Of a stretch of 64,000 nt of DNA, positions 45,685 through 56,576 are shown piece by piece; the first letter of the stretch is position 1; each line of letters starts with the position of its first letter. Origin of the DNA: Nitrospirota bacterium (GTDB taxonomy: Bacteria; Nitrospirota; Thermodesulfovibrionia; Thermodesulfovibrionales; UBA9159); contig CAVOUE010000012.1 of assembly GCA_963699545.1 (NCBI GenBank), positions 32,001 through 96,000 of the forward strand. Direction: 5' to 3'. The notes under the pieces were generated by a model. The model made no database searches. It was not told where the DNA came from and was given only the letters and a program-made list of their open reading frames with translations. Made by a program: the position numbers and the translations under genes.

Positions 45685-46773
45685 TCAATGCACAAGATAG
45701 AACCTCTTGCCATCAGCCTGTCTCACAATGCCCTTGATCTCCAGACCGAGCAGCGTGCTAAGGGTCGCCGCAGGAGAAAGGGAAAGCTCCCTTGAAAGCG
45801 CATCGATATGCACCGGCTCTCCTGATAGTATATTGCAGAGCTTTTTTTCTTCCTCGGTGACATCGACCCTCAGTTTCTCCTTTGTTTTGACGTAGCCCCT
45901 GAGCATAGGCGCCAGTTCTTCTATTATATCATCCGACTTCTGGATGAGTTTTGCTCCCCTTTTGATGAGCTCGTTCGTGCCCGCCGAGTTGGGAGAGGTG
46001 ATGTTGCCGGGGACAGCGAAAACCTCCCTGTTCTGCTCAAGGGCAGAGCCCGCCGTGATCAATGCGCCGCTTCCTGCTGCAGCCTCCACCACCACAACGC
46101 CCATGGACAACCCGCTTATTAACCTGTTCCTTCTGGGGAAATTCTCCTTGTTCGGTTCCGTCCCGCAGGGGAATTCGCTCACCACGTATCCTGATGAGGT
46201 GATCCGCTCCATGAGTCCCCGGTTTTCAGGGGGATACGCCCGGTCGATGCCGGAGCCGAGGACCGCAATAGTTCTTCCTCCCGCTGTGATGGAATTTGTG
46301 TGGGCAACAGTGTCAATGCCCCTGGCCATTCCGCTCACGATCGTAAATCCTGACCTGCTCAATTCAGAGGAGAGCCTCTCGGTCACAAGTTTTCCGTAGG
46401 GTGATAATTTCCTCGATCCGACGATGGCGATGGCAAACCTATCCTCCTCCTGTATGGACCCCTTCACATAGAGAAGGACCGGGGCATCCTCCGTCTGCCC
46501 GAGCATCGAAGGATAATCAGCGTCGCGGAATGTCACCACGCGGGCATCGCACAGGCTGAGCTGATCGACATGCTTCTCTACGTCCTTCCATCCGGAGAAA
46601 TCCCTGATGTTCTTCGCCTTCTTTCCACCCACCCCTTCAATGGCCGACAACTCCCTGAGCGACGCTTCAAAAACGGACGCCGGATCACTGTAAAGGGACA
46701 GGAGTTTCCTGAAAGTGACCGGGCCCACCTCCGGTACCATGGAAAGGGCGATCCATGCTCCAAGATCAGGCAT
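45685..46773 (-). CDS. dprA: DNA-processing protein DprA
   Basis: [36 protein letters not shown]. Confidence 0.97.
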   Translation of the reverse strand: MPDLGAWIALSMVPEVGPVTFRKLLSLYSDPASVFEASLRELSAIEGVGGKKAKNIRDFSGWKDVEKHVDQLSLCDARVVTFRDADYPSMLGQTEDAPVLLYVKGSIQEEDRFAIAIVGSRKLSPYGKLVTERLSSELSRSGFTIVSGMARGIDTVAHTNSITAGGRTIAVLGSGIDRAYPPENRGLMERITSSGYVVSEFPCGTEPNKENFPRRNRLISGLSMGVVVVEAAAGSGALITAGSALEQNREVFAVPGNITSPNSAGTNELIKRGAKLIQKSDDIIEELAPMLRGYVKTKEKLRVDVTEEEKKLCNILSGEPVHIDALSRELSLSPAATLSTLLGLEIKGIVRQADGKRFYLVH

Positions 46774-47968
46774 GGGGCTCTCTTAAGAGCCTTCTCACCC
46801 TGAGACGGAGGGCATTCAGTTTTATAAACCCCTCTGCGTCTTTCTGATCGTAGATCTCCTCTTCCTCAAAGGTCGCAAGCTCCGGGTGGTAGAGGGACCT
46901 TTCGGACCGCCTCCCTGCAACAGAACAGCTTCCCTTGTAGAGTTTCAACCTCACATCTCCGGTGACGTCCTCCTGGATGCCGTCCGCCATGCCCTGGATC
47001 GCCTCTCTTTCAGGTGCGAACCAATATCCATAATAGACGAGCTCGGCATACCGGGATATCAGGGAATCCCGCAGGTGAAGGGTCTCCCTGTCAAGGGTTA
47101 TGGACTCCACTGCCCTGTGGGCAGTGTGGAGGATCGTGCCTCCCGGCGTTTCATACACGCCCCTGGATTTCATGCCCACGTACCGGTTCTCCACAAGGTC
47201 GACCCTGCCGATGCCGTTACTCCCCCCGATGGAATTCAGCGCCTCAAGAAGACGGGCGGGGCTCATGGGTCTCCCGTTGAGTGCAACAGGATTTCCTCCT
47301 TTATAGGATATTTCGGTATAGGTCGGCTTATCCGGAGCTTTTTCCGGAGGCACCATCATGGTGTACATGTCTGCCGGAGGTTCGGCCCACGGGTCTTCCA
47401 GTATCCCGCCTTCGTAACTTATATGGAGGAGGTTCCTATCGGTACTGTAAGGCTTTTCTTTGGTGGCGGTGACCGGAATGCCGTGAGATTCTGAGTATTC
47501 GATAAGCGACTGGCGGGATTTAAAGGGCCATTCCCTCCAGGGAGCTACCACCTTGATGTGAGGCTTGAGGGCATAATAGGTGAGTTCGAACCTCACCTGG
47601 TCATTGCCTTTGCCCGTCGCTCCATGGGCCACCGCGTCAGCGCCTTCCTTTTCCGCGATCTCTATCTGCCTTTTCGCTATAAGCGGCCTGGCGATCGAAG
47701 TTCCCAGGAGGTAGGAGCCCTCATAGACCGCATTTACCCTCAACATGGGAAATATATAGTCTGAAACGAACTCCTCTCTCAGGTCTTCCACATAGACCTT
47801 TGATGCCCCGGTCTTCAGGGCCTTGTCCCTGACCGCGTCCAGGTCTTCTCCCTGACCGAGGTCTGCGCAAAAGGCTATGATCTCGGCGCCATAGGTCTCC
47901 TTCAGCCACTCTATCGCCACTGACGTATCCAGTCCTCCTGAGTAGGCAAGGATTATCTTCTTTATCAT
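46766..47968 (-). CDS. argG: Argininosuccinate synthase
   Basis: [34 protein letters not shown]. Confidence 0.98.
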   Translation of the reverse strand: MIKKIILAYSGGLDTSVAIEWLKETYGAEIIAFCADLGQGEDLDAVRDKALKTGASKVYVEDLREEFVSDYIFPMLRVNAVYEGSYLLGTSIARPLIAKRQIEIAEKEGADAVAHGATGKGNDQVRFELTYYALKPHIKVVAPWREWPFKSRQSLIEYSESHGIPVTATKEKPYSTDRNLLHISYEGGILEDPWAEPPADMYTMMVPPEKAPDKPTYTEISYKGGNPVALNGRPMSPARLLEALNSIGGSNGIGRVDLVENRYVGMKSRGVYETPGGTILHTAHRAVESITLDRETLHLRDSLISRYAELVYYGYWFAPEREAIQGMADGIQEDVTGDVRLKLYKGSCSVAGRRSERSLYHPELATFEEEEIYDQKDAEGFIKLNALRLRVRRLLREPHA

Positions 47969-48076
47969 GTTGTTTTAAGGACCTCTCTTTCTTTGAACTC
48001 GCACCGTGCCGGATAGCCCATAGCTGTCTGTAAGGTATAAACCTTAGCACAAATTTCAGGGAAATATCAAAAAGCC

Positions 48077-48131
48077 TTGACCGGAAGACACTCCGTCATA
48101 TATAATCTAGTTGAGATTAAGTCTCAACTAG
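48077..48131 (+). promoter_or_regulatory. feoB promoter with a Fur-like palindromic operator
   Basis: TTGACC-18nt-TATAAT, then a perfect 10-5-10 inverted repeat CTAGTTGAGA-TTAAG-TCTCAACTAG (48107-48131) directly before the ATG. Confidence 0.75.
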
Positions 48132-48132
48132 C

Positions 48133-50109
48133 ATGCACGAACGCAAGGTTGATCATACAGCAAAGGGAAGTCACTATGACCGGGTCGCCCTCATCGGCAA
48201 TCCCAACGTGGGGAAGAGTGTCATTTTCGGGCTTCTCACGGGCAAGTATGTGACCGTCTCCAACTATCCGGGAACCACGGTAGAGCTCTCTCACGGCAAC
48301 ATAGCCCTCGACAGCAAGAAATACCATATCGTTGACACTCCCGGGGTGAACAGCCTCATACCAATGAGTGAGGATGAGCGGGTAACAAGGGACATACTGC
48401 TCAAGGAGAGGCCTGCCCTCGTAGTTCAGGTGGCAGATTCGAAAAACCTTAAGCGGACCCTGGCGCTTACGCTCCAGATAGCGGAAATGGGGATCCCCAT
48501 GGTCCTTGACCTTAACATGGAGGACGAAGCAAGGGACCGGGGCATCATCATTAATATGCAGGAGCTCAGGGAAATCCTCGGCATTGAAGTGGTAACCACT
48601 ATTGCTCCGCAGAGAAAGGGGTTCAGGGAGCTGAGGAACTCCATTCTCAGTCCCTCTGTTCCAAAAGTGAATGTTACCTATGGCCCGGTGGTGGAAGAAT
48701 ACATAGATATGCTTTCCTCACTGTTGCCTCAAGGGAATATAGCAAAGAGATCCATCGCGGTGATGATACTTTCCGGGGATGAGAGCCTGAAAGAATGGCT
48801 GGCGGCGAATCTTTCCTGCGAGGGGATTAAAGAGGTGGAACGGTTAAGGGATGAATGCCAGGTAAAGATGCGCGGGACTTTGAGTGGGGCCATAAACCGG
48901 GCGAGGATGGATCTGGCCGGCCGGATCTCAGACAAGGTGATACGGTACATCCCTGCCGAGGGCGGGCGGCTTTTCTCATTCGTTGGCAAGGTGAGCATGC
49001 ACCCGATATGGGGGATCCCTATCCTGCTTCTGGTCCTCTTCGGACTCTATGAATTTGTGGGCATCTTCGGCGCCGGAACCCTCGTAAATCTTTTTGAGAA
49101 GACTATCTTCGGAGAATACCTCAACCCCATGGCCACAAAGGTCGTCAAGCTCCTTGTGCCTGTCGGTCTGCTCCAGGAGATGCTGGTGGGAGAGTACGGC
49201 CTCATCACGGTGGCCTTGACCTATGCCATCGCCATTATCCTGCCCATAACCGCGACCTTTTTTATCGCTTTTGCCGTGCTGGAGGACAGCGGGTATCTCC
49301 CGCGTCTTGCCATCATGAGCAACAGGGTGTTCAGCATCATGGGGTTGAACGGAAAGGCAGTGCTCCCCATGGTACTGGGCCTTGGCTGCGGGACCATGGC
49401 TGTTATGACTTCGCGGATTCTTGAGACGAGGAGGGACAGGATCATCATCACCTTTCTCCTCGCCCTCGCCATACCCTGTTCCGCTCAATTGGGAGTCGTA
49501 CTGGGCATGCTCAGCGCCCTCTCGTTCACCGGGACGATCATATGGGTGGCATGCATCCTCATTGTCCTTTTTGTCTCCGGCTATCTTGCATCCAGGGTGG
49601 TGAAAGGCGAGAGGACTGATTTTTTCCTGGAGATACCGCCCATCAGAAGACCTGCCTTGATGAACATACTGGCGAAGACAGCGGGAAGAGTTGAATGGTA
49701 TCTCAAGGAGGCCGTGCCCCTGTTCATCCTGGGTACCTTTATCCTGTTCCTTCTCCATAAGCTGAACCTCCTGGGTGTGCTGGAGAGGATTGCTTCGCCG
49801 GTCGTCGTAAACCTCCTCGGGCTCCCTGAAAAGACGACCGAGTCATTCATCCTGGGCTTTCTCAGGAGGGACTACGGCGCAGCAGGTCTTTTCACCATGG
49901 CAGAGAAAGGGTTGCTCACACACGTGCAGTCCCTGGTCAGCCTTGTGACGATCACGCTCTTCATCCCCTGTCTTGCCAACTTCTTCATGATCATCAAAGA
50001 GATGGGCATGAAGATAGCCATCGCCATGGTAGCCATTGTCTTCCCCCTGGCGTTCCTTGGGGGAGGACTTCTGAACTGGATATTGACAGCGTTTCATGTG
50101 ACGCTCTGA
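48133..50109 (+). CDS. feoB: Ferrous iron transport protein B
   Basis: GNPNVGKS, NYPGTTVE, DTPG, LEDSGYLPR, IPCSAQ, gate domains. Confidence 0.97.
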   Translation: MHERKVDHTAKGSHYDRVALIGNPNVGKSVIFGLLTGKYVTVSNYPGTTVELSHGNIALDSKKYHIVDTPGVNSLIPMSEDERVTRDILLKERPALVVQVADSKNLKRTLALTLQIAEMGIPMVLDLNMEDEARDRGIIINMQELREILGIEVVTTIAPQRKGFRELRNSILSPSVPKVNVTYGPVVEEYIDMLSSLLPQGNIAKRSIAVMILSGDESLKEWLAANLSCEGIKEVERLRDECQVKMRGTLSGAINRARMDLAGRISDKVIRYIPAEGGRLFSFVGKVSMHPIWGIPILLLVLFGLYEFVGIFGAGTLVNLFEKTIFGEYLNPMATKVVKLLVPVGLLQEMLVGEYGLITVALTYAIAIILPITATFFIAFAVLEDSGYLPRLAIMSNRVFSIMGLNGKAVLPMVLGLGCGTMAVMTSRILETRRDRIIITFLLALAIPCSAQLGVVLGMLSALSFTGTIIWVACILIVLFVSGYLASRVVKGERTDFFLEIPPIRRPALMNILAKTAGRVEWYLKEAVPLFILGTFILFLLHKLNLLGVLERIASPVVVNLLGLPEKTTESFILGFLRRDYGAAGLFTMAEKGLLTHVQSLVSLVTITLFIPCLANFFMIIKEMGMKIAIAMVAIVFPLAFLGGGLLNWILTAFHVTL

Positions 50110-50256
50110 CCTTTCTCTTGCTATCCCTCCATGTCTCTTACGATAATTCATATCACTGCCGGTCATGGGAAGAGGGGATCATGCGTGGCTTTCGTCTGAA
50201 AATGCTCCCGTCTTTACACCGGCGGCATAATGCATTTATAATGATATGAGATGCCC

Positions 50257-50943
50257 ATGAAAAAAGTGATCATTGCAGAGGATATCAAGGGAGTTCTTGC
50301 AGGGGAGAAGAGTTTCCTCAACAGGTCAGGCATCAGGATATTCACTGCTGCTTCGAACGAGAAGGCCCTTGCTCTCCACAGATCGATCAAGGCAGACCTC
50401 ATTATCGCAAAGCTCGACATGCCGGACATGAGCGGTGAAAGGTTTTGCACCCTCATACGCGATGATGAAGAACTGCGGGACGTCTCCCTCATCATCATCT
50501 GTTCCGATGCCGACTCGGACCTTGAGCGATGCGTTCAGTGCAGGGCGAATGTTTTCTTCTCCAGCCCGATTGACAGCACGCTCCTGCTGCAGGAACTGCA
50601 CAAGCTCCTTCATGTCTCTCCCCGGATGTCGTGCCGCATTCACATGAGCGTTAAACTCCGTGGAAAATCGAAGGCGACACCTTTCACCGGACATACAGAT
50701 AATATCAGCACATCGGGCATGCTGTTCAGGTCGCCGGCACTTCTTTTTGAAGGCGACGTCATCACCTGTTCCTTCTCTCTCCCCCAGTCCATCGAGATTA
50801 CCGCAAACGCTGAGATCGTGCGCTGTGTGGGGAAAGAGGCCGGACGTGACGGCAACAACTACGGCGTTCGGTTCATCGATCCGGGCCCCCGCGTTGTTTC
50901 GGCTCTGGCAGCCTTTATAAAAAACATTGATGAGGCGAGCTGA
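50257..50943 (+). CDS. Receiver-like domain + PilZ domain protein
   Basis: KKVIIAED...DMPDMSG receiver fold; PilZ motifs RMSCR and NISTSG. Confidence 0.85.
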   Translation: MKKVIIAEDIKGVLAGEKSFLNRSGIRIFTAASNEKALALHRSIKADLIIAKLDMPDMSGERFCTLIRDDEELRDVSLIIICSDADSDLERCVQCRANVFFSSPIDSTLLLQELHKLLHVSPRMSCRIHMSVKLRGKSKATPFTGHTDNISTSGMLFRSPALLFEGDVITCSFSLPQSIEITANAEIVRCVGKEAGRDGNNYGVRFIDPGPRVVSALAAFIKNIDEAS

Positions 50944-50957
50944 GGCAGGTGGCAGGG

Positions 50958-51119
50958 ATGAGCATCTTCAAGAAGGCGGTTTCAGCGTCGGGCCCGGTCA
51001 TGAGGGTTCTCATCGGGGCGGGAGCGTTCGTCTTGCTGATACTTGGGCTGAAAGAGAAGTCCGGGAAGGACGCGGGCCTGCAGCTCTTCGGAAAACAGCG
51101 CCTGAAGAGAAAAGAATAG
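50958..51119 (+). CDS. Putative small single-pass membrane protein, 53 aa
   Basis: Manual translation MSIFKKAVSASGPVMRVLIGAGAFVLLILGLKEKSGKDAGLQLFGKQRLKRKE*; fills the intergenic gap. Confidence 0.45.
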   Translation: MSIFKKAVSASGPVMRVLIGAGAFVLLILGLKEKSGKDAGLQLFGKQRLKRKE

Positions 51120-51124
51120 AGTAG

Positions 51125-51974
51125 TTACTTCCGGCTTTTCTTCTTTTTATCGGTTACCTTTGATGCGGCGTCATCGATCATCTTTATGAGTTTGTCAGCC
51201 TCTGCGGGACCCTGGTAGAGCGAGCCGTCGGGGAATATCACGGTAGGGGTTCCTGATATCCCATTTTTGTCTGCGAACGCTATGGTCTTGTCCACATCAT
51301 CGCTCGTGCAATCGCTCTTCGGTATAGGCTTCTTTTCGAAATTGTCTTCCAGGAGCCGGATCGATTTGCTGCAGATGATGCTTTTTGATTTCCAGTGCGC
51401 ATCGGGATGTACCTTCAGAGGTAAGAGCTTCACGTAGAAAGCGATGTCCATTCTTTTTGCCACCACTTTTTTCATTTCCTGATGGAGCGCTGCACAGTAG
51501 GGACAATCGGGATCGGTAAAAACAATGACTTTTTTCGAAGCGGTGTTACTGCCCAGCACAAGGGCATCCTTGAGCGGTACGCTTGCCGGACCGATTCTTT
51601 TGTCTTTATTGAGTTCATCCAGCCTCTCTTTCGTCTTGTTCATGGCTGCATTGACCTCGACGATAGAGCCGGAGAACGACATATTTCTTCGAGAAGTCGA
51701 CATAAAAAAGTCCCCTCTGGCCTTTGTCCTCGATGGCCACCTCCCACAGTCCTTTTACCGGGCTCATCTGGGCCTTGAGGATCTTTGCATCATGGATCTT
51801 CAGTTTTTCGAGGACCAGTCTGATTTCCTGTTCGCTCAGGCTGTGGCACTTCTGGCAGTTCTCTTCGCACCCGCTGAAGGCATAACTGTACCGGAGAGGC
51901 TGGAACGTGATGACCATTGCAGCGCAGGCTATAAGCCCTGCGAGGATACTATAGTTCACTGTTTTGTTTGCCAT
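51125..51974 (-). CDS. dsbC: DsbC-family thiol:disulfide isomerase with N-terminal CxxCH (frameshift near 51670)
   Basis: Signal peptide, CQKCH, SPVKGLWEV dimerisation region, FTDPDCPYC, GTPT. Confidence 0.88.
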
Positions 51975-52024
51975 GCAGCTCCACGCCGTTTCAGGAGATT
52001 AACGTATTAGTATATCACAGGAGG

Positions 52025-54154
52025 TCAGCGTCTCACCCTCAGGACACCTTCCGTCTGAGCGATCTTCTGTACGAGGCCGCTCAGTTGCAGTTTATCCCGG
52101 ACTTCGAGGTTGAAATTGATGAACGCCTTCTTGTCCTGGGTGGTGATCGCCTCAAAATGGCTTATGTTCACATTCACCGACGAGATGAGGGCGCTCAGGT
52201 CTGCGATCACCCCGGGCCTGTCCACGGTCTCGACCATGAGCCGGGCAGTGGAGGTGGTCTCATTCCCGGGTTTCCAGTCCACATCGACCAGGCGTGCATC
52301 CTCAATGGCAAGACTTTCGAGGTTGGGACAGTCCCTCCGGTGGATCGTCACCCCCCTGCCCCTGGTGACGAATCCGACGAGAACATCTCCGGGAATAGGG
52401 AAACAGCACTTTGCCGTATGGTAGAGGATGTGGTCGATGCCTTTTATGCTGATGCCTTTCTGCTCCTTCTGGGGTCTCGGTTCCCTCGCATGTACATCTT
52501 CAAGAGGCTTTTCCGGAAGGAACCGGTTGATCACCTGATGAGGGGATACTTTGCCGTAACCGACGGACACAAGGAGATCTTCAAAGGACTGCATGCTGAA
52601 CTCCTTCGCTATGGAATCCATGTCTTCGGTTTTAAGAAGGGCGGGTTTGAGATGATGCTTCCTGAGTTCAACTTCCAGGAGCTTCATCCCCAGTTCGATG
52701 CTCTGTGTCCTTTCCTCTGACTTTATCCACTGCTTTATCCGGTTCTTTGCCCTCTGGGTAATGACGAACTTCAGCCAGTCCCTGCTTGGTCCATGGGAAG
52801 GCGAGGTGATGATCTCGATGGTATCCCCGTTCCTCAGCTGATACCGCAGAGGGACGATCCTGCCGTTTACCTTCGCCCCAACGCACTTGTGCCCCACCTG
52901 GGTATGCACATCGTATGCAAAATCCACAGGGGTGGAGCCTACAGGGAGTTCCTTTATCTCACCCGTAGGGGTAAAGACATATACGACCTCCGGGACGACC
53001 TCACCCTTCACCTCTTCAAGGAATTCCCTGGCATCCCGGAACTCCTTCTGGGACTGTATAAGCTCCCTGAGCCATGCAATGTACTTGGTGTCCCTGTCTT
53101 CCACGGCACCCTTTTCCTTATACTTCCAGTGGGAAGCGATCCCCTCCTCCGCAATATTGTGCATATCCTCAGTCCTGATCTGGAACTCCACCCTTTCGCC
53201 CTTCGGCCCGATCACGGAGGTGTGCAGCGACTGGTACATATTGGACTTGGGCATGGCGATGTAGTCCTTGAACCTCCCCGGTATGGGCGTCCAGAGAGAG
53301 TGGATAATGCCCATGATGGTATAACAGGTTGCATTGGTGTCGGTGATGATCCTGAGGCCAAGCACATCGTTCACCTGGTCAAAGGTAATCCCCTGACGCT
53401 GCATCTTCTGGTATATCCCGTAGTAGTGCTTCACCCTGCCCGAAACCCGCGCACGGAGGCCTTCTTCCTCGAGTTTCTCTTCCACGGTCTTCGCAACTTC
53501 CCTGAGATATCCCTCCTGCTCTTCTTTTCTCTTTGCAACCTTCCTGACCAGTTCATCATAGAGTTCAGGCATCAGGATCCTGAAACTCACATCTTCGAAT
53601 TCTATCTTTAACCAGGCGATGCCGAGCCTGTTCGCCAGAGGGGCATAGATTTCCAGGGTCTCGGTGGCGATACGGCGCTGTTTGTTTTCGGGGAGGAACT
53701 GAAGGGTCCTCATGTTATGGAGCCTGTCTGCGAACTTTATGATGATGACCCGGATATCCTCGGACATCGCAAGGAGCATCTTCCTGAAGTTCTCTGCCTG
53801 TGCCTCCTCCTTCGTCTTGAACTCTATCTTGCTCAATTTTGTAAGGGACTCAACAAGAAATGCGATTTCGTCCCCGAAGATGTCTTTGATGTCCCCGGGA
53901 GTTGTTCCTGTATCTTCGATGGTATCATGGAGGAGTCCTGCGGCGATGGTCGCCACATCCACTTTCATGTCGGCGAGGATGTCGGCAACGGAAAGAGGAT
54001 GGTTTATATAGGGCGTCCCTTCGATCCTCCTCTGGCTGCAGTGTGCCTCCCTCGAAAAAACGTACGCCTTCCTCAAGAGCTCCACATCTGCATCGGGATT
54101 ATAGGAGAGCACCTTTATCGTGAGAGAATCGATAGTTACGTCTTCTTCCGGCAT
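52025..54154 (-). CDS. Bifunctional (p)ppGpp synthetase/hydrolase (RelA/SpoT homologue)
   Basis: LLHDTIED hydrolase motif, RFKDYI, YQSLHT, TGS and ACT domains. Confidence 0.97.
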   Translation of the reverse strand: MPEEDVTIDSLTIKVLSYNPDADVELLRKAYVFSREAHCSQRRIEGTPYINHPLSVADILADMKVDVATIAAGLLHDTIEDTGTTPGDIKDIFGDEIAFLVESLTKLSKIEFKTKEEAQAENFRKMLLAMSEDIRVIIIKFADRLHNMRTLQFLPENKQRRIATETLEIYAPLANRLGIAWLKIEFEDVSFRILMPELYDELVRKVAKRKEEQEGYLREVAKTVEEKLEEEGLRARVSGRVKHYYGIYQKMQRQGITFDQVNDVLGLRIITDTNATCYTIMGIIHSLWTPIPGRFKDYIAMPKSNMYQSLHTSVIGPKGERVEFQIRTEDMHNIAEEGIASHWKYKEKGAVEDRDTKYIAWLRELIQSQKEFRDAREFLEEVKGEVVPEVVYVFTPTGEIKELPVGSTPVDFAYDVHTQVGHKCVGAKVNGRIVPLRYQLRNGDTIEIITSPSHGPSRDWLKFVITQRAKNRIKQWIKSEERTQSIELGMKLLEVELRKHHLKPALLKTEDMDSIAKEFSMQSFEDLLVSVGYGKVSPHQVINRFLPEKPLEDVHAREPRPQKEQKGISIKGIDHILYHTAKCCFPIPGDVLVGFVTRGRGVTIHRRDCPNLESLAIEDARLVDVDWKPGNETTSTARLMVETVDRPGVIADLSALISSVNVNISHFEAITTQDKKAFINFNLEVRDKLQLSGLVQKIAQTEGVLRVRR

Positions 54155-54245
54155 ATCCTATTATACACCTTTTATTTTCTCCCCATCACGGTTGCCATCA
54201 CGAGTGAAAAACCTGAGAAAGGATAAAGCACGGAGAGAGCTGGGG

Positions 54246-54920
54246 TCAGGAGAGCAGCTGCATCTTGGCGTCAAGGACCATGGTCCCTTTCGGATAAAGG
54301 GCTACGGGATTCAGGTCAATCTCCGCCACCATGCCTGTAGCCATCACCTCGGAAACGCTCACGATCAAGCCTGCAAGTCCCTGTTTATCAACGGGGGGCT
54401 TCCCCCTGTAGCCGTCCAGGAGCCCGTACCCTTTGACCTGCGTAATGAGCCAAGGGCATCTTCAGCGGAGAGGGGTGCCAGTCCAAAGGCCACGTCCTTG
54501 AACAATTCCACGAATATGCCCCCCAGACCGAACATCACCACGGAACCGAATTGGTCATCGTTGATGCCGCCGATGATCACCTCGACACCCCGGGGGGCCA
54601 TCTCTTCCACAAGCACTCCCTCTGCCGATTCTATCCGGGACAGCTCACGAAACGCCCTGTTCAGTTCGCCGGCATCCTGTATATCTGTCCTTACCCCTCC
54701 CACATTGGATTTCGAAATGACCTTTGAGGATGAGATCTTCGCCACAAGGGGATAGGTGAAGATCGACCCGGTCGGGAACTGCCTCGGCAACCCCGAAAAA
54801 TCTTCCCCTCGGCACGGAGAATCCCATCTCCCGCAACAGTCCTTTGACTTCGTGTTCATTCAAGACAGCGCGTCCGCTGTTTCTCTCTCTGAAATCGGTT
54901 ATGACTTCCGCTTCTCTCAT
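54246..54920 (-). CDS. ADP-forming acetate/acyl-CoA ligase beta (ATP-grasp) subunit, two frameshifts
   Basis: LNEHEVKGLL / YPLVAKI...SKSNVGGV...VMFGLGGIFVELFKDV / EIDLNPV...VLDAK across three frames. Confidence 0.8.
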
Positions 54921-55266
54921 GGTGTAAGTATACCACGCAGGGTCCGTCTGATAAAGAACAGGTGAAATAGATATTCCGATCAGTTCGGGCACCTCATTGT
55001 TTGAACAAGACCACTACAAATGATATCGGGCTTCTGGCCGAACTATGCGGGGAGAACTCCTGGACTCTGCACTGTCGTGTTTTTGCCACAGGCGAGAGAT
55101 TTCTTTGAAAATAGATAGTCAATGGGAATCTGCCATATGAAGGCAACGTGTCGCACTTGCTACCGACTTGATCGCAATATCGAGGGCTCTTCGGCGGTCG
55201 ATAACACCCTCGAAAAAAAACTTCAGCGGAGAGTAAGTGATGTGGCTTCGCAGTTGAACCAGCAAC

Positions 55267-55296
55267 AAAAAAGGGCGAGCAATATTGCCTCGCCCC
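55267..55296 (-). terminator. Intrinsic terminator after the IPTL-CTERM gene
   Basis: GGGCGAG...CTCGCCC hairpin followed by a T run on the minus strand. Confidence 0.7.
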
Positions 55297-55323
55297 TGAA
55301 GTGATTCTATCAGAGAGTTTGTC

Positions 55324-56136
55324 TTATCCCTGAGTCCTTCTCTGTCTCCTTAGATAATAGACAGAGTAGAGTCCTGCAAGCACCACAAAAATTATCATGC
55401 CCCATTCCGACATAGTTGGAACTGATGTGCTCTGCTGCCGAAATACCGCAACACTAGCAGGACCAAGCCCCTGGTTCGCTCCTACGCCGAAATCGCTCAG
55501 GAGCGTCCGTGCTCCGCTCACTGGGTCTACCCTGAACAGCGCCCCTTGACCACCTGTCCCGGCATTTGGATCAGTCACCAGGATCTGGCCGTTGGATTCA
55601 ACCGCAACACCAGTTGGATCAAACCCCTGGTTCGTTCCCACGCCGAAATCGCTCAGAAGCGTCCGTGCTCCGCTCACTGGGTCTACCCTGAACAACGCCC
55701 CTGTAAAACCTGTCCCGGCAATTGAATCAATAACCAGGATCTGGCCGTTGGATTCAACCGCAACACTAACTGGATCAGACCCCTGGTTTGCTCCTACGCC
55801 GAAATCGCTCAGAAGCGTCCGTGCTCCGCTCACTGGGTCTACCCTGAACAGCGCCCCTTGACCACCTGTCCCGACAACGTAATCGATCACCAGGATCTGG
55901 CCGTTGGATTCAACCGCAACACCAGTTGGATCAAACCCCTGGTTCGTTCCCACGCCGAAATCGCTCAGAAGCGTCCGTGCTCCGCTCACTGGGTCTACCC
56001 TGAACAGCGCCCCTTGAACACCTGTCCCGGCATTGTAATCGATAACAAATGTGTCATCTGCATGGCCTGCAACAGGCAGCCACAGGGCAAATATCAGGAG
56101 CAAAAGACCTAAGGAAAAGTTTTCTCTCAGCCCCAT
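55324..56136 (-). CDS. IPTL-CTERM sorted surface protein with 52-aa tandem repeats (NHL/beta-propeller-like)
   Basis: Signal peptide; four GALFRVDPVSGARTLLSDFGVG repeats; C-terminal VPTMSEWGMIIFVVLAG...RRQRR. Confidence 0.88.
   Translation of the reverse strand: MGLRENFSLGLLLLIFALWLPVAGHADDTFVIDYNAGTGVQGALFRVDPVSGARTLLSDFGVGTNQGFDPTGVAVESNGQILVIDYVVGTGGQGALFRVDPVSGARTLLSDFGVGANQGSDPVSVAVESNGQILVIDSIAGTGFTGALFRVDPVSGARTLLSDFGVGTNQGFDPTGVAVESNGQILVTDPNAGTGGQGALFRVDPVSGARTLLSDFGVGANQGLGPASVAVFRQQSTSVPTMSEWGMIIFVVLAGLYSVYYLRRQRRTQG
55440..56045. repeat. 156-bp intragenic tandem repeat, about 4 copies
   Basis: GGGTCTACCCTGAAC recurs at ~55523, 55679, 55835 and 55991. Confidence 0.95.
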
Positions 56137-56472
56137 ATCCGTTCCCCTCCTTCTTGGAGTTTGTACTGAAATATAATACTAAGCAATATAATTGACTAAA
56201 TTATAGAAGTGCCACTCTTCATAAGTCAATCAGACGAAGAACAAAAAAAACGGACGGATGTTCATCTGCATTGATAATTTACACATCGACTCTACCCGGA
56301 TGAAATATGGATCACGGTCACCTATGAACAGCATAAAGTCCGGCCCACCGATTTCGTTTACCTGCGGATAACGATACGAACACTACAGATTCAATAGCTG
56401 CCTCGGTGTGCGGATTAGAAACGATATTTGTTACTGTGGCAGAATGGCTGCAGTGCAGTGTTGTCGGTGTTA

Positions 56473-56576
56473 TCCTGTGTTTGGGGCTGATTGAGATGGG
56501 CTGCGAGGCCCACGACTTCTCACTCGGTCTCGTATCCGAGGCATTCCGGGATCGATGTCCGACCCCAACCGAATTT
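56473..56576 (+). repeat. Diverged direct repeat, copy A
   Basis: TCCTGTGTTTGGGGCTGATTGAGATGG...ATTCCGGGATCGATGTCCGACCCC...CGAATTT aligns with 57587-57701. Confidence 0.85.

Noticed and set aside
55440-56045. CRISPR array or DGR template/variable repeat
   Set aside because: The period is 156 bp in frame within one protein, there are no unique spacers, differences are not obviously adenine-restricted, and no cas or reverse transcriptase gene is present.
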